The position numbers and the translations under genes were made by a program. The notes beneath the pieces are model-generated. The model made no database searches. It saw only the letters and a program-made list of their open reading frames with translations, and was not told where the DNA came from. From the IMG/VR virus record IMGVR_UViG_3300035501_001058: a DNA stretch of 20,000 bases; one strand, written 5' to 3'. Source of the DNA: an uncultured virus (IMG/VR IMGVR_UViG_3300035501_001058) (taxonomy: Duplodnaviria; Heunggongvirae; Uroviricota; Caudoviricetes). This document shows positions 1-9,845 of the stretch, piece by piece. Position 1 is the first letter of the stretch, and each line of letters begins with the position of its first letter.

Positions 1-1
1 G

Positions 2-442
2 GTTGTTATACTACAGGTTTTATTAAAAATTGGAGTAATTATTGGTAGTATTATGACATTAATATCAGTAAAAGCGCTAACCCTAAATAAAATAATTATA
101 ATTATAATTATTTTTAAAGTAGTGGATTTTATAATACAAGATGCCATTATAGAACCTATGCTAATGCAAAGTATACTATCCACATTTATTAAGTATGATG
201 CAGAGAAAGGAATGGCAAATAATATAATTGAAAAATTTCCTATACTAAATAAGATAAAGAAGTTACAAGGTGTTTCAGAAAAAGATGATGTTAATGATGA
301 CAATGATATGCAGAATGCAGAAGTCAATGAAAGCGCTGAAGTAAATACTGAATCTCATGAAAAACCTGACGCAGATTTAGACGCAGTTATAAATAGTGGA
401 AAAGAAAATGAGGCTAAAAAAGAGCGCGAGACACTACTCTAA
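2..442 (+). CDS. 5'-truncated membrane protein with acidic low-complexity C-terminal tail
   Basis: The frame is open from base 2 (VVILQVLLKIGVIIGSIMTL...), so the ATG at 53 is probably internal. Hydrophobic segments precede a D/E/N-rich tail; TAA ends at 442. Confidence 0.7.
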   Translation, partial: VVILQVLLKIGVIIGSIMTLISVKALTLNKIIIIIIIFKVVDFIIQDAIIEPMLMQSILSTFIKYDAEKGMANNIIEKFPILNKIKKLQGVSEKDDVNDDNDMQNAEVNESAEVNTESHEKPDADLDAVINSGKENEAKKERETLL

Positions 443-492
443 ATCGAGCTAGTTATGATTGTGTAAATATAAAATTTGGAAAGGTAGTTGCT

Positions 493-1035
493 ATGAAGAA
501 TATTGTTATAGTGGTGGATATGCAAGAGGGGTTTACAAAACACGAGCAGCCAAATAAATTAACTGAGAGAATTATTAATTTGTTAAATAGAAATATTTTC
601 GATATTGTAATAGCTACAAAGTTCATAAATGAAAGAAATAGTGTTTATGAAAAGCTGTTTGAGTGGCAAGAATTGGAAACAGAGGAAGAACAAACTATCC
701 CTGGTGAAATTATAGCACATGCTAACTATGTTATTGAAAAGCATATTTATAATTGTGTAAATACTGATTTCATTCAAAAACTTTGTCAATTAAATGATGG
801 AATTTATCCTGAAAAAATTTTTGTTGTTGGTGTTGATACCGACTGCTGCGTATTAGCAATTGCAACAGCATTATTTGAAAATAATATCAGACCAATTATT
901 CTTTCAAATTATGTCGCTTCAAATGGTGGGCTACATTCACATGAAGCAGGTCTTACTTGTTTATGTAGATTAATAGGTGCTAAGCAAATAACAAATATAG
1001 TTCCATTTTCACGAGAAGATTTAGAAAATATATGA
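493..1035 (+). CDS. Isochorismatase-family cysteine hydrolase
   Basis: IVIVVDMQEGF (catalytic Asp), VIEKHIY (Lys) and VVGVDTDCCV (catalytic Cys) motifs; 180 aa; GAAAGG SD upstream. Confidence 0.9.
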   Translation: MKNIVIVVDMQEGFTKHEQPNKLTERIINLLNRNIFDIVIATKFINERNSVYEKLFEWQELETEEEQTIPGEIIAHANYVIEKHIYNCVNTDFIQKLCQLNDGIYPEKIFVVGVDTDCCVLAIATALFENNIRPIILSNYVASNGGLHSHEAGLTCLCRLIGAKQITNIVPFSREDLENI

Positions 1036-1186
1036 GTAAAGGTTAACTGAATGGTAATAAATAGTTATATGGTGGCTAATAAATTAATTTATTATCAAAA
1101 TGGTAAGTTTTTCTCTTATAAGTAATAAATTTTTCATTGATGTTCACAATTGGTTACTTACATAAAAAAACCGTAAAATTTAATTC

Positions 1187-1209
1187 TTATTACTATTAAA
1201 TAGTAATAA
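1187..1209. promoter_or_regulatory. Perfect 11-bp inverted repeat, candidate operator
   Basis: TTATTACTATT-A-AATAGTAATAA in the largest intergenic gap, just downstream of a TAAAAT hexamer (1174-1179). Confidence 0.4.
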
Positions 1210-1291
1210 AGGAAGATAAAAAATGAAAACTAAATATGAAAATATTAGTTTATAGAAGACTAGTTGTCTAGGGCTCTAAGAGAGAGCTAAC

Positions 1292-1322
1292 AAGGGTCTG
1301 GATTAAATTCTGGACCCTTTTT
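1292..1322 (+). terminator. Probable Rho-independent terminator
   Basis: AAGGGTC/GACCCTT stem, extendable with G-U pairs, followed by a T-run. Confidence 0.6.
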
Positions 1323-1347
1323 AATCCAAATTAAGTGAAAATGGAGG

Positions 1348-1620
1348 TTGAAAGCTATGATTTGTCCAATTTGTAGAGCAGAAAATAGTGATGATAGAAC
1401 ATACTGCTATAATTGTGGTTATAACAAATTGCAGGAAGAAATAAATAAACAATCAGATAATAAACCAATAGATAATCCGAGTATCAATAAAGACAATTCT
1501 TTAATGATTGATCCATCAGATGATACATCTATTGGTACTTTAAATTATGTGGCAATCGTAATTATAGGCTTAATAGTCTTGATTGCATTGGTAGTAGTAA
1601 AGTGTATAGGGCTTTTTTAA
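1348..1620 (+). CDS. Zinc-ribbon protein with C-terminal transmembrane helix
   Basis: CPIC-x10-CYNC, polar linker and hydrophobic C-terminus (YVAIVIIGLIVLIALVVV). GGAGG abuts the TTG, so the true start is probably the ATG at 1357. Confidence 0.8.
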   Translation: MKAMICPICRAENSDDRTYCYNCGYNKLQEEINKQSDNKPIDNPSINKDNSLMIDPSDDTSIGTLNYVAIVIIGLIVLIALVVVKCIGLF

Positions 1621-1630
1621 GCCCTATTTT
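1606..1630 (+). terminator. Rho-independent terminator overlapping the stop codon
   Basis: ATAGGGCTT-tttt-AAGCCCTAT followed by TTT. Confidence 0.65.
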
Positions 1631-1661
1631 GTATTTATACAGGTAGGTGATGATTTAGCAA

Positions 1662-3275
1662 ATGTTATTAGCAGCAAAGAATGTAAAATCAGCCTTAATA
1701 AAAAAAGGGTGGTTTTTAACAAAAGATAATTCTATTTTAGTGAAAAATAATTGTTTTTTACATTTGAGTATTGATGTTTCCCCAATGATAGAAACAGATA
1801 GTTTTTCTTATAATAAAGAAGATATAGAAGCTTTAAAGGATAATAATTATTGCACTAATGAACTTAAACTTAGTCCAGCAATTCGTTTATTACCTTCAAA
1901 TATCACTCTTAGGAATGAACAATTTTATTTAGAGAAGTTTGGCTGGCTATTGCTAAAAGGTAAATATCCTAGTGCTTGTAATGAGATTAAAGAAGATGAG
2001 TTAACCTCTGATTTTTATAACTTTATTGATAATATCGATAATATTGCTCAGAAGGACTCAGTAGCGATAAAGAGCATAAAGCAGCATTTAGTTACTAGAA
2101 AAAAGCCTAAAACAGTTTTTCAGGCAATAGCTACTAATAAAGCTATAGCAGAGGAAAGCTTAATAGAAGTGCAAAAAGACTCAATCAGATGTGATATTTT
2201 TAAAGCTAGTGCTATTTTTAAGGTAGTGCTAATAGCAGATAGTGGAGTGATAGTAACTGCTGTTAATAAAAAAGGTGCACTTACTAATAAGAATTTTCAA
2301 ATTGATCCAGATGTATTCCTTAATGAAGCTTTAGAGAAGAATATAATCGCTGTAGAATATCTCCCTAGTACTGTTGAAGAGGAATATCAGGACTGGGAAG
2401 TGTTTTCAAGTAAAGACTTTGACACTAAACTGCCAGATAAAGTTTCGTCTCTGATATCAAATAAAACGCAAGAGGTTTACATTAGAGAATTATTTAACTC
2501 TTGTTACAATTATTCTGCTTTACTTAATGATAATATTGCTGAAGATGCAATACCTCTAGTAGCTGATTTATTAAAAGAGAATTACGTAACACCAGAGATA
2601 TTTTATGGACGTATAAGAGAAAGTAATATACGTTTAATTAAAGAACATTTTCATCTAGGCCTAGACCCAAAAAGGTTCTTTGATGATTCTTTAGATAGTT
2701 ATACTCTTGAAACAGAATTACAATATAATTTGCAAAAATGTGAAAATTATAAAAATAGCTTATCTAGCAACATTAGCGATAATGTTAAAGATATTGCATA
2801 TAAATATTTGTTTAAATATGGAGAGGAGCTTTCAGATACTCTAGATGATACAACGAGATGGCAATTTTTAATTCCATGGTTTTATAAAGAAAATTTTAGT
2901 AAAGAGCAAATAATGACGTTTGTCAGCTTAATAAAAGCATACGGAACTTTACATGATGATGGTGCTTCTATAAAGATAGGTTATTTTGATGCCTTAAGTA
3001 AAGGTTCAATAATTAATTATTATAAGGTGCCAAATTATTTAGAATATAATGGAAAATCATGGAATGATTTTTTGCTAGAGTTATTAAGTAATGATGTAAA
3101 AATTAATTTCACTATAAATAATCTGGAAGTAATAGGTGCTTCTTATAGATTACGTAGAGATTATAATAGTGTTGCTATATATTACTATGGTAACCAACCT
3201 GTATGGAGATGTGTTTTTATAAATGAAGAGAATTTTATTAGTAGTGACACTAGTCATGATGTTATGTTTTATTAG
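1662..3275 (+). CDS. Hypothetical protein, 537 aa
   Basis: Long ORF with AGGTGA SD; no family recognised. Confidence 0.8.
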   Translation: MLLAAKNVKSALIKKGWFLTKDNSILVKNNCFLHLSIDVSPMIETDSFSYNKEDIEALKDNNYCTNELKLSPAIRLLPSNITLRNEQFYLEKFGWLLLKGKYPSACNEIKEDELTSDFYNFIDNIDNIAQKDSVAIKSIKQHLVTRKKPKTVFQAIATNKAIAEESLIEVQKDSIRCDIFKASAIFKVVLIADSGVIVTAVNKKGALTNKNFQIDPDVFLNEALEKNIIAVEYLPSTVEEEYQDWEVFSSKDFDTKLPDKVSSLISNKTQEVYIRELFNSCYNYSALLNDNIAEDAIPLVADLLKENYVTPEIFYGRIRESNIRLIKEHFHLGLDPKRFFDDSLDSYTLETELQYNLQKCENYKNSLSSNISDNVKDIAYKYLFKYGEELSDTLDDTTRWQFLIPWFYKENFSKEQIMTFVSLIKAYGTLHDDGASIKIGYFDALSKGSIINYYKVPNYLEYNGKSWNDFLLELLSNDVKINFTINNLEVIGASYRLRRDYNSVAIYYYGNQPVWRCVFINEENFISSDTSHDVMFY

Positions 3276-3903
3276 CTCATGCGATGATAATATTTATGAT
3301 GACTTACCTACTGGTATTGTTTATACTGATAATGAAGATAGTGACCCAGGAGATGAATTAGAGAGCTTATCTGATTATGTGGGTGGATATACATCTGTTG
3401 ATTCTGAGGTTTTAGAATTTGATAAAATATCTGGTGTGGGAGACACAACAATACAGCTGGTTAATATTGAGAGAAGATATACAAAATGCGTAATTATTCT
3501 TTATGCCAATGTTAGTGGATTGTTGCATAATTTCACTATTAATTTAGAATATTACGATTCTGAAAATAATAGTTTAGGAATCCTTAATTCTGAACCAGTG
3601 GATTTAATTGGTTGCATGTATAATACCATTATCATTGATTTACCTGATAATGCACAGTCCTTTAGTTTCGCAGGATACAATGCTGATAGTGTGATGGAGA
3701 TTATACAATTAATTTTATATGATTTTGATGATAATCTACAAAGGGAATCTCAAACAACATTTGTATCTAATTATGAGAATGCTAATATTGTTTTTCTCGC
3801 TGATAATAGAGTGGTTGCTATTGAAATGGGGGCAGAAAAGGGACTGATAGTTGAAGGAATGACTGGTATTAATAGATATGGTGTCTTGGAGGTGAAAAAT
3901 TAA
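3223..3903 (+). CDS. Putative lipoprotein with FxLYD-like beta domain
   Basis: MKR + hydrophobic stretch + ISSC lipobox, acidic linker, and INLEYYDSENNSLG resembling the FxLYD motif; GGAGA SD. Confidence 0.7.
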   Translation: MKRILLVVTLVMMLCFISSCDDNIYDDLPTGIVYTDNEDSDPGDELESLSDYVGGYTSVDSEVLEFDKISGVGDTTIQLVNIERRYTKCVIILYANVSGLLHNFTINLEYYDSENNSLGILNSEPVDLIGCMYNTIIIDLPDNAQSFSFAGYNADSVMEIIQLILYDFDDNLQRESQTTFVSNYENANIVFLADNRVVAIEMGAEKGLIVEGMTGINRYGVLEVKN

Positions 3904-6002
3904 TGGACGCAAGTTCTTTTTACAATGCATGGAATAATGCTGTGGCTAATACTAATAAGGCTGATACACATGAAAGAATGGTTGTATTTGATGATTTAGA
4001 TATTGATGATTTTCTAGATGATAGCACAGATAGTTTACCCAAAGATGATACTACATTAAGTGATAATGTGGCCCAAACTCCTGTAAATATTGATACTGCT
4101 AAAAGTAATGATTATGCTATAACAAATTTCATCAAAACAAGTAAGTCAGTTTCTACAGAGAAAATAGCAAAGTTCCCATTGTTTGATGCTATACAGCAAC
4201 TAAGCGATGAATTTGATTATGAATTTAAGAATGATAATGTTTCTTCCCTATTAAAAGGGATAACTGGTCAAGAATATTCTAATGATAAGGCAATAAAAGA
4301 ATGGTTGTTTATGTTTTATGGTATAAAAGATAACGCTGATTTGAATGACAGTATTTTGCAATTCAGTAAAGACGAGTTAGATTCAATTTGTTCAGTAAAT
4401 AGAAATATGCAACTCAGTGAATTGTGCATGATTGCTGATTATAAAAATGATGATAACTTTGATGCGTCTATAATAAAAAAATACTCATTGGAAGCTCGTG
4501 ATACAAGCTTACTACTAGAACTTATGCGTAATTCATTATTAGATGAAGAGGAGCTCATAAATTATGTATTGGATACGGATGTATTTAATTCATATTTGAC
4601 ATTAAAAGTTACAAATAAGTTCAATAAAGAAGATTTTGATATAATTAATGCTCAGTCAATTAATGTAGATAGTTACACTAAATGTTTATTATCTTCGAAT
4701 CCTTGGGCAGAGTTAGGAATTCGTTCAGATTTTAATGAGATATATAAAATGGTCACAGAGAATGATATACCTTATGAGCTGGGTATTACATACAAAGATA
4801 ATAAATGGTTATTGCAAATACTTACAGCTTATGTAAAACATTTTTATAGTGATAAGTTCATAGAGAGATACTTAAATGATTCTAATAAGTTTGCTGAGAA
4901 AATGGCAAATGATTATGCTAACTTAAACATAGACTTAGAAACACTTAATGCTTATGATGGAAACTATTTTTTGGCAAAGGCAGTCGTTGATGTAAAATCT
5001 TTTTCAGATAAAAAATTAGCATTAACCGAAGATTTAGCAATATTTCTAGAAATAATAGTGACAGCTATATGGGAAAATAATATAGCGGAAATCAATTATA
5101 AGGAATTCCTTTTTTGTGTAAGTGAAGGTTCATACCATTTATGTAAGGAATACAACAGATTATTTAAGAAGAAGGGTGCTGTTACATTTAATCAATTTTG
5201 GATTTATAGGATACTTGAAGAATTTGGAATAGATACAACACTTCCAGATGATGTTGGCAGTGTAATTGCATACCAGATTAGTAATGGATTATCTTACTGT
5301 AATGTACAGATGATACATGAGGTTTTAGATAAGTTTGTTAATGCTATAAAGAGTAAAAATTATAATCTTACTGTTAAGTTACTACCTGGACACTCAGGTA
5401 TTCTTATTTGTGATTCATTATATAGTGAGATATCGAGAGAGCGTGCAAGAATACAGAATTTTTGTAATGCATCATGTTCTATTGAAAGTGCCATTAAGTT
5501 GAATGCGAAAAGTAATATTGCCAGATACAATGTAATAAGAGTTATTAATTTAGCTCAATCACAGTCACCTGGTGCTATTTCAGAAAGCTTTAAGCAGTTA
5601 TTAATTTTGAGATCAGAGAGCTATTTATTATTTGATACAGTACTAAGTATTATTGCTGACACATTTAATGAATTTGCTGGGCTGTGCATGTGTTCGGAAG
5701 CAACGCAATGTTTAAAGATATTTAATAACGCGCTATTACAAAAAAATAGATTTTGCATACAAGCTGAGTTCTTAAAGACTTATTTGACACTTAAGTTTGG
5801 GAATCGTATTAAATTTGATAGATATGACCCAGATTCCGTAGACAGTATTAGTATTATAGAAATAAGCAATTCTTACATTTATGGATCTGTTTCAATTTTT
5901 AATGTATTGGCATCTCTTGATAATTTCACTACAGAATTAAATAAGCATAGTAGGATTATTTGTAGATTTAATGAAAATACTGTTAGATTTGAAGGAGTTT
6001 AA
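3903..6002 (+). CDS. Hypothetical protein, 699 aa, acidic disordered N-terminus
   Basis: Long ORF, TAATG-coupled to the upstream gene, GGAGGTG SD; no family recognised. Confidence 0.8.
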   Translation: MDASSFYNAWNNAVANTNKADTHERMVVFDDLDIDDFLDDSTDSLPKDDTTLSDNVAQTPVNIDTAKSNDYAITNFIKTSKSVSTEKIAKFPLFDAIQQLSDEFDYEFKNDNVSSLLKGITGQEYSNDKAIKEWLFMFYGIKDNADLNDSILQFSKDELDSICSVNRNMQLSELCMIADYKNDDNFDASIIKKYSLEARDTSLLLELMRNSLLDEEELINYVLDTDVFNSYLTLKVTNKFNKEDFDIINAQSINVDSYTKCLLSSNPWAELGIRSDFNEIYKMVTENDIPYELGITYKDNKWLLQILTAYVKHFYSDKFIERYLNDSNKFAEKMANDYANLNIDLETLNAYDGNYFLAKAVVDVKSFSDKKLALTEDLAIFLEIIVTAIWENNIAEINYKEFLFCVSEGSYHLCKEYNRLFKKKGAVTFNQFWIYRILEEFGIDTTLPDDVGSVIAYQISNGLSYCNVQMIHEVLDKFVNAIKSKNYNLTVKLLPGHSGILICDSLYSEISRERARIQNFCNASCSIESAIKLNAKSNIARYNVIRVINLAQSQSPGAISESFKQLLILRSESYLLFDTVLSIIADTFNEFAGLCMCSEATQCLKIFNNALLQKNRFCIQAEFLKTYLTLKFGNRIKFDRYDPDSVDSISIIEISNSYIYGSVSIFNVLASLDNFTTELNKHSRIICRFNENTVRFEGV

Positions 6003-6446
6003 ATGGAAGAATTACATGTATTTGATGATTTATACAGTGCTGAGGAACAGCAGGAAATTAAAATAGATGAATCTCTTGCATCTACTTTCTCAGATATAAA
6101 GCAAAAATTGATAGAAGGAAAATATAGCTACGCAAAAGATTATTTAAAAAATGCAACCTCTGTAGAAGAAATTGTCATTACAGCTGCAGCATACAGAATT
6201 GGGGAAGAATATGCTGCAGCACTACAAGACGATTTAGACATTGAGGAAAAGAAAGTTGCGTTATTTGGTTTTAAAAATGAATTAAACGTCATTGAGCAAA
6301 TAAAAGGTGGCGAAGCATTACCTGATTTAGTTACTTTAATAGAAGCTTCAAAAATTCCAGGATTTGAGTTGATGAGTTTTTTCGATGAAACGGGTTCTTA
6401 TATCAATTATCCAAAGATTAGAAAATTCATACAAGAAAATTCATAA
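6003..6446 (+). CDS. Hypothetical acidic protein, 147 aa
   Basis: AAGGAG SD; ATG directly follows the upstream TAA. Confidence 0.8.
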   Translation: MEELHVFDDLYSAEEQQEIKIDESLASTFSDIKQKLIEGKYSYAKDYLKNATSVEEIVITAAAYRIGEEYAAALQDDLDIEEKKVALFGFKNELNVIEQIKGGEALPDLVTLIEASKIPGFELMSFFDETGSYINYPKIRKFIQENS

Positions 6447-6502
6447 TAAAGAGGAAATTAAAAATAAAAATGTACATAAATGTCTTAAAACACAGGAGGT
6501 TT

Positions 6503-7150
6503 ATGTACATGACAAATGAGGAAATTCAATTAATTAAAGAAATTAAACAGGGTAACTTAGAAGCAAGCTATGATTTATTAACAGTAAATCATAGCTTTTT
6601 GGTTAATTTGTATCGAAAATTGCATGTATACGGATACTATTATGAAGAATTTGAAATGATTTGTTATGAGGCTTTAATTAAAGCAGCAAATCATGCTGAC
6701 CTGACAAAAGGTTATTGTTTTAATGCTTACTGGAAAAAATATATTTTACATGAATATCTTTTAGAGAAGATACAGCTACAATATGCATTTTCCTTAACTA
6801 CTGCAGAATACAGTACAGCAAAAAGAGATAATGTTGATTTAATTAATAACTATTACAGAAGATCTACCAGTAAACAGGAAGGTCTTATTATTAATGATGT
6901 ATATGAGTGTGTATTTCAGGCAGAGTTGCGTAAATTGGTATGGATAGAAGTAAGTAAAACGGTCACTAATGAAAATGCTTATATTTTATGGGAGCTATTT
7001 AGTAAAAATAGAACTTTAACCTCATTAGCACAAGAGTTACATATTGGCACTGATAGGGTTAGAATGCGTAAGATTAGGAGTTTAAAAAAGTTAAAAGAGA
7101 ATAAAAAATTAAGAGAGTTAGCATATGACTATTATGGAATATTATGCTGA
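6503..7150 (+). CDS. RNA polymerase sigma-70 family factor (alternative sigma)
   Basis: TNEEIQLIKEIKQGNLEASYDLL and ALIKAA...FNAYWKKYI (region 2); RTLTSLAQELHIGTDRVRMRKIRSLKKLK (region 4 HTH). AGGAGG SD places the start at 6503 (or 6509), not 6470. Confidence 0.85.
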   Translation: MYMTNEEIQLIKEIKQGNLEASYDLLTVNHSFLVNLYRKLHVYGYYYEEFEMICYEALIKAANHADLTKGYCFNAYWKKYILHEYLLEKIQLQYAFSLTTAEYSTAKRDNVDLINNYYRRSTSKQEGLIINDVYECVFQAELRKLVWIEVSKTVTNENAYILWELFSKNRTLTSLAQELHIGTDRVRMRKIRSLKKLKENKKLRELAYDYYGILC

Positions 7151-7168
7151 CTAAAGGAGGTATAAGAT

Positions 7169-7639
7169 TTGATAGCAAATGACGTAATGCAATATTTTTT
7201 GGAACAATGTTCTTCAATATCTAGAAATTATTATAGAGATTTGGGGAAAATCAATTCATCAACGGATGAAGATATTGACAGAATATTGCAACTGCAAAGT
7301 TATTATGGCACACAGCTTGAAGCTGTGGCTAATATAATCTTAGAGGAAAACATGACAGAAGAATACTTGAAGAAAGGTAATATTATTGAGATGTCTAATG
7401 GTAATGTAGAATACATAGATGAAAGTATGAAGACCTATGTAATGAATAATACGGAAATCTTAAAACGAAAAGGTTTAATAGATGTGTGCGATATCAATAC
7501 TGAGTGCTTAGTTTGTGGACGCAGAATACTTGGTATCGGTTTACAAGATGACTCTGATGCAGGATATGCTATTTGCTTCTCTTGTATAACAGAGGAAAAT
7601 TATGTTGGTGGTGGTTGTAATTTTAAAGTATTTAAGTAA
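7169..7639 (+). CDS. Hypothetical protein with C-terminal C4 zinc finger
   Basis: AAGGAGGT SD before TTG; CLVC...CFSC pair. Confidence 0.7.
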   Translation: MIANDVMQYFLEQCSSISRNYYRDLGKINSSTDEDIDRILQLQSYYGTQLEAVANIILEENMTEEYLKKGNIIEMSNGNVEYIDESMKTYVMNNTEILKRKGLIDVCDINTECLVCGRRILGIGLQDDSDAGYAICFSCITEENYVGGGCNFKVFK

Positions 7640-7838
7640 ATTTATAATAATTATAGGTATAACTGCGTGCTTAACCGGATGCAGAGAAATTAATTATTTT
7701 GAAGATACAACAGAGACTACCACTGTTGTAGATGATGAAGTAACTAGTGAGGAGAAATCAACTGTTCATGTCGATATTTTTCCTCAAAGTGTTTATGACT
7801 ATGATGTAAAGGATACTATTTTGGTTCCTAAAGAGTAA
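7602..7838 (+). CDS. Small putative lipoprotein
   Basis: KFIIIIGITACLTGC lipobox and T/E-rich linker; exact start uncertain. Confidence 0.6.
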   Translation: MLVVVVILKYLSKFIIIIGITACLTGCREINYFEDTTETTTVVDDEVTSEEKSTVHVDIFPQSVYDYDVKDTILVPKE

Positions 7839-7850
7839 AGGAGTGAGTAA

Positions 7851-9845
7851 ATGGGTGAATTAAAAGAGATGAATCTTTTCTCTTCTAATGCAGACGCTAA
7901 ACCATCTTTTGATGAAGCATATGAACAATTTTGTCGAGAGCTGGGGTTGGATTACAGATATAATAAATTAAGATGTAAGGCTTTTGATAAATACCTACTA
8001 GAATTATTTAGCCAAGGAAATTTATTACATAATCCGGATTTAGATAAATTGGTTAAGGAATCATTTTCTTCATATCAAGAAGAATTTGATGTTAAGTATA
8101 GCAACTGCTGGGCAATTGCTAAATGTTTAGAAGCTGGTGCAGATTTGCATAAAATTATGACTAGTGGTAGCTTGCGTGCAGAAGCAGTTATAGAGGCAAT
8201 TAGTCTTGATAGTACAGTTGATATCAATTTAGCAATTGATATACAGAAAGTTCTCAACATAAATAATGAATTTGAGAAAATCGTGAAAATGATAACAGGA
8301 AATAGTTATCGAAAGAAAAATTCATATGGATACACATTACTAACAGTGTACAATCTTATAAAAAGTTATCCAGAGGTGCAAGCTCATTTAGACTCGTGGA
8401 GTGATAATTATTGTCTTGTGATTATAGGAAATTATTTACAAGAAGGTATAGCATACTACGAAGCAATTCAACGTGTTGATAGATACAAAGGTAAAAAATA
8501 TTCTTGGCAACTAGCTAAATTAATGGATATAAAATTCCCAAATGATAATGTATTACCTAAAAACACAGATTTATTTGAGATAGTAGCGCAAAATGAAATA
8601 AAATACTGTAATAGTTTACAGGAATTAGAGGCTAGATTTACTAGCTTACAAGAATTGTTACATAAAGATAATGCTACAATTACAGCCAAAGATATTAGTG
8701 ATGTTGCTTCTGTATACGAGACAGGTTTTTCCATTGGTAAATTAATGGAGATGTATCCTGAGATAAGAGAATCTATTGCTATACAAAAGTTTATTTCATT
8801 GTGCAAATTAGCACGTTCAATTATTGACAGAAATTCTATAAGTAGTTCTATGCATAGAAGAGACACTACAGGACTGTATAGTGAATATGTTTTTGGTGGA
8901 GAAATAGTAAAGGTATATAAACCGGAACTGCTTTTCGATCTATTCAGGCATGTTATTGATAACCTTTCTACTGAAGCTATAGGAAATTTTAGTAAAGTAG
9001 ATTATGTTTCTTATTATGTAGAAAATTGGATAAATGGTATTTCTGGAACAGTGATGTGCTTACAAGATAAAAGTGAAGTAAAAGCTATACTATCTAGAAA
9101 TTTTTCAGAAGTACAAATAGCATACAATGGAAGAATTATGAATCATTTTCCAGCAGATTTCTTTATTGAATACGGTGAAGAAGTTATCTTTTGGGTAAAG
9201 AAGAATAGACCTAAGTATTTCATAATTAAGCATGAATTTGTAACACAAAAATCTGATATTGATAAAACTGCTGATAATCTAGTCATAGATTTTAGCGATA
9301 ATAATGATTTAGGATACGTGTTACATGAATGCTGTTTAGGTTTATCTGTAGACTTTGCTACTAAAAAGAGAACTGTTCTTGAAAGTGGATATAGATTGGG
9401 TACTCCGTACTATAAAATATTGTTAAAGAACTATTTTAAGGAGCATGGACAAGATTACAATGAGATAGAAACTTTTGATGTTCAGACTGTTGTTGGTATG
9501 ATACAAGCTTTAATTTTACAAAAGTCTAGTGAATACGAAGAGCTATTTAAGAAACATGATGTTTTTGTTGCAGTGATGCGTGGTCTTAAATGGTGTATTA
9601 GAAATGATGATAATTTATACAGTGCAGTAGTGCGATATGCTCTATTAGCTGCAGGTATCAATAGTAGATACACACGATGTAGGATTAGCCCTACTTTAAG
9701 CAGTACATTAGTTATTGATGATAAACAATATCCTATTTTGCAGTGTTTGACTAACAATAATAAGATAATTGAGTTTTTAAAAACAAACAGAGATTTTCTA
9801 CAAATAGAATTGATAGGGGATCAAATACATGTTAAGGGTGCATAG
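7851..9845 (+). CDS. Hypothetical protein, 664 aa
   Basis: AAGGAG SD; long ORF; no family recognised. Confidence 0.8.
   Translation: MGELKEMNLFSSNADAKPSFDEAYEQFCRELGLDYRYNKLRCKAFDKYLLELFSQGNLLHNPDLDKLVKESFSSYQEEFDVKYSNCWAIAKCLEAGADLHKIMTSGSLRAEAVIEAISLDSTVDINLAIDIQKVLNINNEFEKIVKMITGNSYRKKNSYGYTLLTVYNLIKSYPEVQAHLDSWSDNYCLVIIGNYLQEGIAYYEAIQRVDRYKGKKYSWQLAKLMDIKFPNDNVLPKNTDLFEIVAQNEIKYCNSLQELEARFTSLQELLHKDNATITAKDISDVASVYETGFSIGKLMEMYPEIRESIAIQKFISLCKLARSIIDRNSISSSMHRRDTTGLYSEYVFGGEIVKVYKPELLFDLFRHVIDNLSTEAIGNFSKVDYVSYYVENWINGISGTVMCLQDKSEVKAILSRNFSEVQIAYNGRIMNHFPADFFIEYGEEVIFWVKKNRPKYFIIKHEFVTQKSDIDKTADNLVIDFSDNNDLGYVLHECCLGLSVDFATKKRTVLESGYRLGTPYYKILLKNYFKEHGQDYNEIETFDVQTVVGMIQALILQKSSEYEELFKKHDVFVAVMRGLKWCIRNDDNLYSAVVRYALLAAGINSRYTRCRISPTLSSTLVIDDKQYPILQCLTNNNKIIEFLKTNRDFLQIELIGDQIHVKGA

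Noticed and set aside
91..112. ATAATT tandem repeat encoding poly-Ile
   Set aside because: In-frame low-complexity TM segment; a 6-bp unit would not cause phase-variable frameshifts.
1078..1093. 16-bp palindrome AATAAATTAATTTATT
   Set aside because: A/T-only in a very AT-rich gap; cannot be distinguished from chance.
6470..6502. Track start codons at 6470 (also 10989, 12821 and 53)
   Set aside because: SD positions and signal peptides favour 6503, 11034 and 12830; the first ORF is open to the window edge.
7851..7880. KEMNLF and related motifs as canonical beta-clamp binding motifs
   Set aside because: They lack the conserved Gln of QL[SD]LF, and several sit on membrane proteins. Kept only as one hypothesis under the motif finding.
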